Assembly: GCA_038087875.1 (NCBI GenBank)
Contig: CM075997.1
Coordinates: 7,690,001-7,754,000, forward strand
Direction of reading: 5' to 3'
Source of the DNA: Malacoraja senta
Lineage: Eukaryota
Length of the DNA stretch: 64,000 bases
Positions 12,982-24,490 of the stretch are shown here, in pieces. The first letter of the stretch is position 1. The number at the start of each line of letters is the position of its first letter. Under the pieces are notes generated by a model that had not been told where the DNA came from, did not search any database, and saw only the letters and a program-made list of their open reading frames with translations. Made by a program: the position numbers and the translations under genes.

Positions 12982-13518
12982 TATCTGAGGAAAGACATTC
13001 TTGCCATAGAGGGAGTACAGAGAAGGTTCACCAGACTGATTCCTTGGATGTCAGGACTTTCATATGAAGAAAGGCTGGATAGACTCGGCTTGTACTCGCT
13101 AGAATTTAGAAGATTGAGGGGGGATCTTATAGAAACTTACAAAATTCTTAAGGGGGTTGGACAGGCTAGATGCAGGAAGATTGTTCCCGATGTTCGGGAA
13201 GTCCAGGACAAGAGGTCACAGTTTAAGGATAAATGGGAAATCCTTTAGGACCGAGATGAGAAAAACATTTTTCACACAGAAAGTGGTGAATCTCTGGAAC
13301 TCTCTGCCACAGAAGGTAGTTGAGGCCAGTTCATTGGCTATATTTAAGAGTGAGTTAGATGTGGCCCTTGTGGCTAAAGGATCAGGGGTTATGGAGAGAA
13401 TGCAGGTACAGGATACCGAGTTGGATGATCAGACATTATTATATTGAATGGCGGTGCAGGCTCGAAGGGCCGAATGGCCTACCCCTGCGCCTATTTTCTA
13501 TGTTTCTATGTTTCTATG
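12982..13518 (+). mobile_element. CR1 LINE 3' end with (CTATGTTT)n tail
   Basis: LEFRRLRGDLIETYK, RTRGHSL, VVNLWNSLP; octamer tail. Confidence 0.95.
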
Positions 13519-13519
13519 A

Positions 13520-14790
13520 TCTTATGCACCTCTATCATGCCACTTCAAGCAGGGTGCAAGGCCACCAAATGCTAGTGCTTTTTCATGCCATTTTAAACAG
13601 GGTGCAAGGCCACCAAATTCAAATGCAGTTACATACCACTTCAAGCAGGGTGCAAGACAACCAAATTGAAGTGCAGTTTTATACCATTTCAAGCAGGACG
13701 CAAGGACACCAAATTCAAGTGCAGTTTCATACCATTTCATGTAGGGTGCAAGACCACCAAATCCAAATGCAGTTTCATGCCATTTCATGCAGGGTGCAAG
13801 GTGGCGTCCTGCAGTAAAGATGCTTGTATGATTCCTCCCGTGTCCGAGCCTTTATTCAAGACTGTTCAAAGCATCCGAATGCACAACAATTGGCGACGAG
13901 GATAAAGGAACGAATATAAGAACAAGGCCAGCAAGAAGAATCGAAAACAAAAGTTAAAAATAGAAGTAGTATTTGGAAACAAGTGGAACAGCACCAAGCC
14001 AAATGGTTTTGAATTGGCGCCAAAATGAAAAAAAGGTAGGAACGGGAAGCAATAGCTCAGGGAAGAGCTAAGAAATCAAGCAGGGGCAGTAAGGGTCACC
14101 AAGCACGGTGTCAGCATACCTGGAAAGTATCCAGGGCTGTGCAGCCCACAGTCAAGCTCAAACAGCAGCCACAGATGTCGGGTGGGGGCCTAGTACCGTG
14201 AAGGCCACGGACAGGTCCAGAAAAGCCACCGACAAGAGGCTGAGTCTTCAGCCCAACTGGGAACAGTCAACCCGGTGGGGGGAGAAAGCAGAGAAAGCCC
14301 GGTCGGGAGCAGAGTCAGCCCGATCGTGAACAGAGAAGCGGAGATAAGCCGAATTCCGCCCGGGGCTTTAAAAAAGGGCACACAGCACCGGAAGCGAGGA
14401 AAAGACGGAAGTTGACTTGCGGCTAAAAACTTGAACAGTATAATCTAAGAGACTGTCCTAAAAACTGCGGCGATCGCCAGCGAAGGCATGCAGGACTGAT
14501 TATCTACAGCACCCGATTGGCAGCCAGTTTTTCATCTGCTAAAAGACTAAACTGTTAAATACCTTAAGACCTACAACATCCAAATGCCTTCAGAGTAATG
14601 GCTGAAGCAATAAATCAAGTGAAACTGTCAATTAATTGCTGAATCAGTCAAAATAAAAGGAGGGAAAAAATGGAAAACAAGTGGTTTGGTCATTGAGTGA
14701 AATCCAGTTCATCATTTCGGGGTGGATGAATCAGATCCCTTTCAAGCGGGGAATCTGCACAAAACATTAGAAGACTTGACAGCTAATGAC
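13520..14790 (+). mobile_element. LTR retrotransposon 5' remnant: LTR end, tRNA-Ser PBS, leader and probable gag start
   Basis: ...GCACAACA (13888), then TGGCGACGAGGAT (13891-13903); downstream peptide ...DPF...LEDLTAND loosely resembles a Gypsy gag N-terminus. Confidence 0.6.
13537..13800 (+). repeat. 48-bp tandem repeat, ~5.5 copies, probably inside an LTR
   Basis: CAGGGTGCAAG-like motif recurs every 48 bp. Confidence 0.9.
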
Positions 14791-15088
14791 CATAACACTA
14801 ATGACCTAACCCTAATGACCCTAACCATAATGACCCTAACCCTAATGACCCTTACCCTAATGAACCTAAACCTAATGACCCTAACCCTAGTGACCCTAAC
14901 CTTAATGAACCTAACCCTAATGACCCTAACCCTAAAAACCCTATCCCTAGTGACCCTAAGGCTAATGACCCTAACCCTAATAACCCTAACTCTAATGATC
15001 GTAACCCTAACAACACAAACCCTAATGACCCTAACCCTAATGACCCTAACTCTAATGTCCCTAACCCTAATGACCCTAACTCTAATTA
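14783..15088 (+). repeat. Telomere-derived 15-mer satellite (CCCTAA CCCTAATGA)n, block 1
   Basis: Direct reading of the repeat. Confidence 0.95.
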
Positions 15089-16640
15089 TAGCAATGTTAC
15101 AAAATGATGAGATTTTAAAAATCAAGGCTGCTAATTTATCCCATCAGATAATGCCTAAAAATAAGTTTAAATTGACACTTAATTCACTTTCATATCTTCA
15201 GTATTTAAAAAGTTATGGCCATTTGCATACTCGGAAATTAGCATATTGTTCCCTATTGCTTTTGCATTGACTTAACACAAAAGCTGTGATCGAGGACAGT
15301 CAAAAGCCCACAAAATTTGCTTTAAAATTAAGAGAACAGAATGAAATTTTCAGCAATTATAGATTGATGCATTGTGAAACAAATATAAAACATCTTACTT
15401 GGATGACCTGAAATTAAAGCATATAATTAGTTAATTAGCTAATTGTAGTCAATTACAAAATTGACCGTTGTGATGGAAATAGTAATAAACACCCAGCCTG
15501 CCTTGAAAATTCAAAAATGTGTTATTCTCAAGATCAGAAATTTAATATTATTGTATTATATGCTGTAAGTCCGTAACAGATAGGTAAATAAATAACAATT
15601 TCTAGCAATAGACCAAGTCTATATGGAGATCAGTTGCTAGCTGATACATTGGCATATCATAATCAGTAGCATCATCATACTCTTCAGATTGTAACAAATG
15701 CCCAAGTCTGTACACCTTGTTTTTCATCAACTTTTTCAATTTTGGCATTGTAAACTAAAAGTTTTTGCTCCTCAAACCACGCATGACATGCCTTTCTGCC
15801 CACTACTTTCCCATTAATAATGTCCAGTAGATTTAATTTCTTAAGAAAAGGATTTTTTTTTTCAAATAGCCTAAATATCCAAATAACAAACTAATCGCAT
15901 TCACACAAGAATTCACAATATAACATGATTTTAAAATCTCACTGTCATGAATTCGCATGCCAGATGGAAGGAATTTGATGTTTAATTCCCATAAATTAAT
16001 CTTGACACATTCAGTCAATATAATCAAAATTTGTTTTTTTTTTGCACAATACATGGGACTAAAACTGATATTTAGTATAAAAATATTGACTATGCGTAGA
16101 CAATAACATAAAATATAGATGCTCTTATGACATGAATGACCAAAATAAAGAGCATGTGAATCATCTTGTGGGTGGGTTTTACTGGAACGCGATCGATTGG
16201 AACGTTGCATTTGCGGTGAATTTGAACTCCGTATCGGCAGGAAAAACACTGCCGGTTCGTATGGGCCCCAAGTCACATTTTCGCAACGTAAAATTTGACT
16301 AAAGCCATCCCAAGAAGCAAGTTTACATGCAAAATATACGACTTACCCGTTGTCTTGCCCCGTTCATTCGATCCGTCACGTTGAAGGCGATGAGGGCGTT
16401 AGAAGCCGCTTTTTATTGTAATCTAATTAATAAATTGCCTCGCGATTAAAAAAAAACGGGAACGGGAGTCGGGAGTCGGATCGATTTTTCTTCAGCAGCT
16501 AGCAGCCCGAGGAAGTCCGCCTCGGACAGGTAGGAGAAAACGCCATTTTAATCCCGCCACCCCTCAAAGGCGCCAAAGTCGCCCACACGGCCAGTGGCAG
16601 AACTGCAGCGCCGCTGAAGGTAAGTTTTGTGACATCGCTA
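15089..16640 (+). mobile_element. Non-autonomous TIR DNA transposon (TAG...CTA ends), 1552 bp, inserted in the satellite
   Basis: 16-bp imperfect TIR TAGCAATGTTACAAAA / TTTTGTGACATCGCTA; related copy at 36799-37823. Confidence 0.85.
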
Positions 16641-17151
16641 TTAATAACACTAACCCGAATGACACTAACCATAATGACCCTAACCCTAATGACCCTAACG
16701 CTAATGACCCTAACCCTAATGACCCTAACCCTCAGGACCCTAACCCTAATGACACTAACCCTAATGACCCAAACCCTAATAACCCTAACCCTTATGAACC
16801 TAACGCTAAAGACCCTAACCATAATGACCCTAACCCTATTAACCCTGATTCTAATGACTCTAACATTATTAACCCTAACACAAATGACCTTAACCCAAAT
16901 GACCCTAACCCTAATGACCCTAAGCCTAATGACACTAACCCTAATGACCCCGACCCTAATGACCTAAACCCTAATGACCCTAACCTTAATGAACCTAACG
17001 CTAATGAACCTAACACTAGTGACCATAACCCTAATGACCCCCACCCTAATGACCCTAACCCTAATGACCCCGAATCTAGTGACCTTAAACCTATTGACCC
17101 TAACCCTAATGACCCTAACGCTAATGACCCTAACCCTAACCCTAACCCTAA
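16641..17151 (+). repeat. Telomere-derived 15-mer satellite, block 2, ending in perfect (CCCTAA)4 at 17128-17151
   Basis: Direct reading of the repeat. Confidence 0.95.
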
Positions 17152-18967
17152 ACAGAGAAACATAGAAACATAGAAAATAGGTGCAGGAGGAGGCCATCCG
17201 GCCCTTCGAGCCAGCACAGCCATTCATTGTGATCAAGGCTGATCGTCCCCTATCAGTAACCCGTGCCTGCCTTTTCCACATATCCCTTGACTCCACTAGC
17301 CCCTATAGCTCTATCTAACTCTCTCATAAATCCATACAGTGATTTGGCCTCCATTGCCCTCTGTGGCATGGAATTCCATAAATTCACAACTCTCTGGGTG
17401 AAAACGTTTTTTTCTCACCTCAGTCTTAAATGACCTCCCGTTTATTTTAAGGCTGTGGCCCCTTGTTCTGGACTCGCCCAAAATTGGGAACATTTTTCCT
17501 GCATCTAGCTTGTCCTGTCCTTTTATAATTTTGTATGTTTCTATAAGATCACACCTCATCCTTCTAAACTCGAGTGAATACAAGCCTAGTCTTTTCAATC
17601 TTTCCTCATATGACAGCCCCGCCATCCCAGGGATCAATCTCGTGAACCTACGCTGCACTGCCTCAATCACAAGGATGTCCTTCCTCAAATTAGGACGCCA
17701 AAATTGTACACAATACTCTAGATATGGTCTCACCAGCGCCCTATACAACTGCAGAATAACCTCTTTACTCCTATACTGAAATCCTCTTGTTATGAAGGTC
17801 AAAATTCCATTAGCTTTCATCACTGCCTGCTGTACATGTAAGCCAGCTTTCAGTGACCGGTGTACAAGGACGCCCAGATCTCGCTGCAACTCCCCTTACC
17901 TAACCTAACCCCATTGAGATAATAATCTGCCCCCTTGTGTTTGCCGCCAAAGTGGATAAACTCAGATTTATTTATATTATACTGCATCTACCACGCATCT
18001 TCCCACTCACTCAACCTGTGCAGATCATCCTGCAACCTCCTAACATCCTCTTCACAGTTCACACTGCCACCCAGCTTTGTGTCATCCGCAAACTTGCTAG
18101 TGTTGCTCCTAATTCTCTCTTCCAAATCATTAATATATATGGTAAACAGTTGCGGCCCCAACAGTTGCGGCTCTCCACTCGCCACTGCCTGCCAATCTGC
18201 AAAGGACCCGTTCACTCTTACTCTTTGCTTCCGGTCTGCCAACCAATTTTCTATCCATGTCAACACCCTACCCCCAATACCATGTGCTCTAATCTTAGTC
18301 ACCAATCTCCCGTGCGGGAACTTATCAAAGGCTTTCTGAAAGTCTAGATACACTACATCCACTGGCACCCCTTCATACATTTTACTTGTCACATCCTCAA
18401 AAAATTCCAGACGATTAGTCAAGCATGATTTCCCTTTCATAAATCCATGTTGACTTCGACTAATCATTTTACTGCTGTCCAAATGCCCCATTATTACCTC
18501 TTTAATAATTGACTCCGGCATCTTTCCCACCACGGAAGTCAGGCTAACTGGTCTGTAATTCCCCGTTTTCTCTCTCGCTCCTTGCTTGAAAAGTGGGATA
18601 TATATTAGCTATCCTCCAATCCACAGGAAATGATCCTCAATCTATTGAACATTGGAAAATGATGACCAATGCGTCCACTATTTCTAGAGCCACCTCCCTG
18701 AGGACCCTGGGATGCAGACCATCAGGCCCAGGGGATTTTTCATCCTTCAGTCACATTAGCCTACCCTATACTATTTCTCGCCTAATGCAAATGTATTTCA
18801 GTTCCTCTACCCCACTAGATCCACTGTCCTCCAGTACATCTGGGAGATTGCTTGTGTCTTCCTCAGTGAAGACAGATCCGAAGTAACTATTCAACTCTTC
18901 TGCCATTTCCTTGTTCCCATAATAATTTCACCCGTGTCTGCCTTCAAGCGACCCACATTTGACTTAC

Positions 18968-20120
18968 ATCGAAACATAGAAAATAGGTGCAGGAGTAGGC
19001 CATTCGGCCCTTTGAGCCTGCACCGCCATTCAATATGATCATGGCTGATCATCCAACTCAGTATCCTGTACCTGCCTTCTCTCCATACCCCCTGATCCCT
19101 TTAGCCACAAGGACCACATCTAACTCCCTCTTAAATATAGCCAATGAGCTGGCCTCAACTACTTTTTGTGGCAGCGAATTCCACAGATTCACCACTCTCT
19201 GTGTGAAAAATGGTTTTCTCATCTCGGTCCTAAAAGACTTCCCCCTTATCCATAAACTGTGACCCCTTGTTCTGGACTTCCCCAACATCGGGAACAATCT
19301 TCCTGTATCTAGCCTGTCCAACCCCTTAAGAATTGTGTAAGTTTCTATAAGATCCCCCCTCAATCTTCTAAATTCTAGCGAGTTCAAGCCGAGTCTATCC
19401 AGTCTTTCTTCATATGAAAGTCCTGTTACCCAGGAATCAGCCTGGTGAACCTTCTCTGTACTCCCTCTATGGCAAGAATGTCCTTTCTCAGATTAGGAGA
19501 CCAAAACTGTACGTAATACTCCACGTGTGATCTCACCGAGACCCTGTACAATTGCAGTAGAACCTCCCTGCTCTTATACTCAAATTCTTTTGATATGATT
19601 GCTAACATACCATTCGCTTTCTTTACTGCCTGCTGCACCTGCATGCCTACTTTCAATGACTTGTGTATCATGACACCCAGGACTCGTTGCATATCCCCTT
19701 TTCCTAATCGGCCACCATTCAGATAATAGTCTACTTTCCTGTATTTGCCACCAAAGTGGATAACCTCACATTTATCCACATTATACTGCATCTGCCATGC
19801 ATTGTCCCACTCAACCAACCTATCCAAGTCACCTTGCAGCCTCCTAGCATCCTCCTCTAGCTAACACTGCCCCCCAGCTTCGTGTCATGCGCAAACTTGG
19901 AGATGTTGCATTTAATTCCCTCATCCAGATGATTAATATATATTGTTAATATCTGGGGTCCCAGCACTGAGCCTTGCGGTACCCCACTAGTCACTGCCTG
20001 CCATTCTGAAAAGGACCCGTTTACTCCTACTCTTTGCTTCCTGTCTGCCAGCCAGTTCTCTATCCACATCAATACTGAACCCCCAATACCGTGTGCTTTA
20101 AGTTTGCATACTAATCTCTT
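18968..20120 (-). mobile_element. Nested CR1 3' fragment
   Basis: Own GAAACATA tail; [10 protein letters not shown]; host CR1 resumes at 20121. Confidence 0.9.
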
Positions 20121-20291
20121 TGCTACTCTTTTTCCCTTAAAATATCGAAATAAGCTTTTACTGTCCTTCTTTATATTCCTGGCCAGCTTCCCTTCGTACT
20201 TTATCTTTTCAGCCCGTATTACCCGTTTTGTTTGCTTCTGTTGTCCTTTGAAAGTTTCCCAATCCTCTTGCTTCCGGTTACTCTTTGCTGT

Positions 20292-20890
20292 GTTTTTTTT
20301 TTAAATAATTTTATTTTATTAGAGATAAGTACAGGAATATGGCACCGAGGTGCCTAATATATATTGACATGCTACATTTTATGTACAGCTTCTTATTTTT
20401 TTTAATAATAAAAAAGAAAAAGAGAGAATAGATAATAAAAGATAGGAAAACGTGTGATATATATAGTGTGAAAAGGAAAAAAGGGTGAAAGAAGAAAAAT
20501 GAAGAAATGAAGATAGAAAGAGAGAGAGTAGAAATTATGAGATTAAGGAGATCGTCATCTATATTCTTGACCATCCCTCACCCAGTCCTGAAACAGTTTG
20601 CTTCTACGATTTTGTTGCACCATATGCTTCCAAAAAATCGACAAATGGAGACCAACTCGTTTAGAATTGGTCTGATTTATCTATTAGGAGGAATCGCATT
20701 TCCTCAAGATGTGCGGTGTCCAACATATTTGAAATCCACATTTTAAGCGTTGGTATGGGTGTATTTTTCAAAAATTTAAGTATAAGTTTTTTTGCCGTTA
20801 TTAACCCATAGTTAAAAAATAAATGTTGAGATGAGTTCAATTTGTTCCCCTCTTCCATTACTCCAAATATAATCATTTCAGTATTAGGTT
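20292..20890 (-). mobile_element. Nested L1 3' end
   Basis: T-run (poly-A) near 20293; YGLITAKKLILK...WISNM resembles the 3' end of the L1 at 42830. Confidence 0.85.
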
Positions 20891-21804
20891 ACATTTTTAT
20901 CTTTGCTGTGTTATACATATTTTCTTTAAGTTGTATTCTATCCCTAATTTCTCTTGTCAGCCACGGTTGCCTCCTACTTCCCTTAGAATATTTCTTCCTT
21001 TTTGGAATGAAATGATCCTGCGTCTTCCGGATTATGCCGACAAATTCCTGCCATTGCTGTTCCACTGTCATTCCTGCTAGGATCCCTTTCCGGTCTACGT
21101 TGGCCAGCTCCCCTCTCATGCCTTCATACTCCCCTTTGTTCAACTGCATCACTGCCGCTTCCGATTTAACGTGTTTCTTCTCAAATTGCAGATTAAAACT
21201 AATCATATTATGATCACTACCTCCAAGCGGTTCCTTTACCTCGAGTTCTCTCATCATATCTGGTTTATTCGACAACACTAAATCCAGAATTGCCTTTTCT
21301 CTGGTCGGCTGCATTACAAGCTGCTCTAAGAATCAATCTCGGAGGCATTCTACAAACTCTCGTTCTTGGGGTCCTGAACCAACCTGATTTTCCCAGTCTA
21401 CCTGCATATTGAAATCCCCCATCACCACAGCGGCATTACCTTTGTTACATGCCAGTTTTAACTCATGCTGCAACTTACAACCTACATCCGGGCACTATTT
21501 GGGGGTCTGTACATAACACCAATTAGTGTCTTCGTGCCTTTACAATTCCTCATCTCAATCCACAGTGAATCTACCTCGTGAGTCCCTATGTCTTCCCTCG
21601 CAAGAAACTAAATTCCATCCCTCACCAGCAGAGCTACCCACGCTTCTCTGCCCACCTGCCTGTCCTTTTTATAGGATGTATAACCCTAAATATTAAGTTC
21701 CCAGGCCCGATCCTCCTGCAGCCACGTCGCAGTAATCCCCACAATGTCATATCTACACTCTAACTGAGCCTCAAGCTCATCTACAATACTTCATGTACTT
21801 ATTC

Positions 21805-22440
21805 TTAAACCTAATGACACTAACACTAATGACCCTAACCCTAATGACCGTAACCCTAATGACCCTAACCACCCTAACCCTAATGACCCTAACCCTAATG
21901 ACCTTAACCTTAATAACCATAACCCTAATGACCCTAACCATAATTAACCTAACAACCCTAACCATAATGACCCTAACCCTGACCCTAACTCTAACGACCC
22001 TAACCCTAACAACCCTAACCCTAATGACCCTAACCATAATGACCCTAACCCTAATAACCCTAACCCTAATGCCCGTAACCTTAATAACCCTAACCCTAAT
22101 GACCATAATCCAAATGACCCTAACCCAAATGACCCTAACCCCAATGATCCTAACTCTAATGACCCTAACCAAAATTACCCTATCCATACTGCACCAAAAC
22201 CTAATGACCGTAACCGTAATGACCCTCACCCTAATGACCATAACCCTAATGACGCTAACCCTACTGACCTTAATCCTGATGACCCTAACCCTAATGACCC
22301 TAACCCTAAGGAACCTAACCCTAATGACCCTACTCCAAATTATTCTAACCCTAATGACCTTAATCATAATGACCCTATCCTTAATGACCCGAACCCTAAA
22401 GACCCTAACCCTAATGACCCTAACCATAATGACCTTATCA
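21805..22440 (+). repeat. Telomere-derived 15-mer satellite, block 3
   Basis: Direct reading of the repeat. Confidence 0.95.
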
Positions 22441-22650
22441 CCATATAACCAAATAACCAGATAACAATTACAGCACCGAAACAGGCCATCTCGGCCCTTC
22501 TAGTCCGTGCCGAACACTTATTCTCACCTAGTCCCATCTAGCTGCACTCACACCATAACCCTCCATTCCTTTCCCTTCCATATACCTATCCAATTTATTT
22601 TAAATGTTAAAATCGAACCTGCTTCCACCACTTCCACTGGAAGCTCATTA
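22441..22650 (-). mobile_element. CR1 3' end, (GGTTATAT)n-tail family
   Basis: Same 3'UTR as 29561-29800 and 61360-61595. Confidence 0.85.
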
Positions 22651-22654
22651 TAGC

Positions 22655-24490
22655 GGAGTTAGAGTTCGGGGATAGGGCCAGTGTACGCCTTGAACATGGA
22701 TTGTTCGACGAACCCTACAAAGAAGCAGCCATACATTGGGCCCTGCGTGTGCCCAAGCGTACGGCTTTCATTTGGAGGGAGTGGGATGAGTTGCGGAGAG
22801 TTGTTGAGAGTGGGATGAGTTGCAGAGAAGTTGTTGAGAATGAGGACCAGCTTCGCTAGGCGGAGGAGAGTGTTAGTAGAGGAAGATTGGCTGGTTCTGC
22901 GGACGAGGTTGAAACGGAGGGCTATAAGGCCTACCTGGTGGGGAGGGGGGGGGTTGGAGGTGTAGAGGTGGAGGTGCCCAGAGGATCTAGGGTGACGGAG
23001 GAACAGAAGGAAATTCACATTAGGAAGGAAATTGTGTTGGGTAGACTGATGGGACTGAAGGCTGATATAGGACCTAATGGTCTGCATCCCATGGTATTAA
23101 GGAAGTGGCTCTCGAAATCGTGGACGCATTGGAATACATTTTCCAATATTCTATTGATTCAGGATCAGTTTCTGTGGATTGGAGGGAAGCTAATTTTATC
23201 CCACTTTTTAAGAAAGCCGGGAGAGAGAAAATAGGGAATTATAGACCTGTTAGCCTGAAATCGGTGGTGGGGAAGATGCTGGAGTCCATTATAAAAAAAT
23301 GAAATAGCGGCGCATTTGGATAGCAGTAGCAGGATCGGTCCGAGTCAGCATGGGGCACGGTACTGACATGGATAGAAAATTGGTTGGCAGACAGGAAACA
23401 AAGAGTAAGGATTAACGGGTCCCTTCCAGAATGGCAGGCAGTGACTAGTGGGGTGCCGCAAGGCTCGGCGCTCGGATCTATTTACAATATTCATTATTGA
23501 TTTAGATGAAAGGATTAAAAGGAACATTAGCAAATTTGCAGATGACACAAAGCTGGGTGGCAGTGTGAACTGTGAGGAGGATGATATGATGATGCAGGGT
23601 GACTTGGACAGGTTGGGTGAGTGGGCAGATGCATGACAGATGCAGTTAAATGTGGATCAATGTGAGGTTATGCACTTTGGTGGCAAAAACATGAAGGCAG
23701 ATTATTACCTGAATGGTGTTAGGTTGGAAAAAGTGGAAGTACAACGAGATCTGGGGGGTCCTGGTTCACCAGTCACTGTAAGTAAGCATGCAGGTACAGC
23801 AGGCAGTGAAAAAAGTGAATGCCATATTGGCCTTCATAACAAGAGGATTTGAGTACAAAAGCAAATCAGTCCTTCTGCAGTTGTACAGGGCCCCAGTGAG
23901 ACAACACCTGGAGTATTGTGTGCAGTTTTTTCTCCAAATTTGATGAAGAACATTGTTGCTATTGAGGGAGTGCAGCGTAGGTTAACGTGGTTAATTCCCG
24001 GGATGGTGGGACTGTCATATGTTGATTTATTTGAGCGGCTGGGCTTGTATATTCTGGAATTTAGAAGGATGAGAGGGTATCTTATTGAAACATATAAGAT
24101 GATTAAGGGTTTGGACATGGTAGACGCAGGAAACATGTTCCCGATGTTGGGGGAGGCCAGAACCAGGGGTCACAGTTTACGAATAAGGGGTAAACAATTT
24201 AGAACGGAGATGAGGAAAAATATGCGGAACATGTGAATATGTGGAATTTTCTGCCTCTGAATGGCAGTGCTGGCTCGAAGGGCTGAATGGCCTACCTCTG
24301 CACCTGTTGTCTATTGTCTATTGTCTGGAGTGACTGGACGTCCAAAGTAATGATGAGGGAACGAGCGTGGAATACTGAAGTCATTAAAGGGGCGAAGATG
24401 AAGTGAAGAAAAAGTCCGGGATGGGTTGCACGAGGATGGATAGGATGTCAAGGTACGTGGAAATGACTTCAATGGGGCTGGAACAGTCAG
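22655..24490 (-). mobile_element. Penelope-like RT fragment (22655-22915 and 24325-24490) split by a CR1
   Basis: TNTLLRLAKLVLILNNFS, GPMYGCFFVGFVEQ and FNDFS...HHYF are typical of vertebrate PLE RT. Confidence 0.7.
22960..24324 (+). mobile_element. CR1 RT fragment with (CTATTGT)n tail
   Basis: [23 protein letters not shown]; internal deletions. Confidence 0.9.

Larger units (their letters stand above)
17152..21800 (-). mobile_element. CR1 LINE (EN + RT, 5'-truncated) inserted in the satellite and interrupted by nested elements
   Basis: Tail at 17152-17172; RT ORFs 17311-18533 (QHGFMKGKSCLTN, DFQKAFD, FADDT); continues at 20121-20290 and 20890-21800 (LDLVLSN, GGSDHN). Confidence 0.93.

Noticed and set aside
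13537..13800. CRISPR-like repeat-spacer array
   Set aside because: Eukaryotic DNA; the variable parts are homologous to each other, so these are plain tandem repeats (likewise 3365-3568 and 8611-8789), and no cas genes are present
15833..16276. 147-aa ORF as a transposase
   Set aside because: No recognisable DDE/hAT motifs, AT-rich low-complexity translation, and partly absent from the second copy
14783..22440. A functional telomere or head-to-head fusion site
   Set aside because: The arrays are internal, degenerate and all in one orientation
14722..22464. MTLTL/VRVIR ORFs as annotated protein-coding genes
   Set aside because: They follow from a stop-free 15-nt repeat unit; there is no independent evidence of a gene
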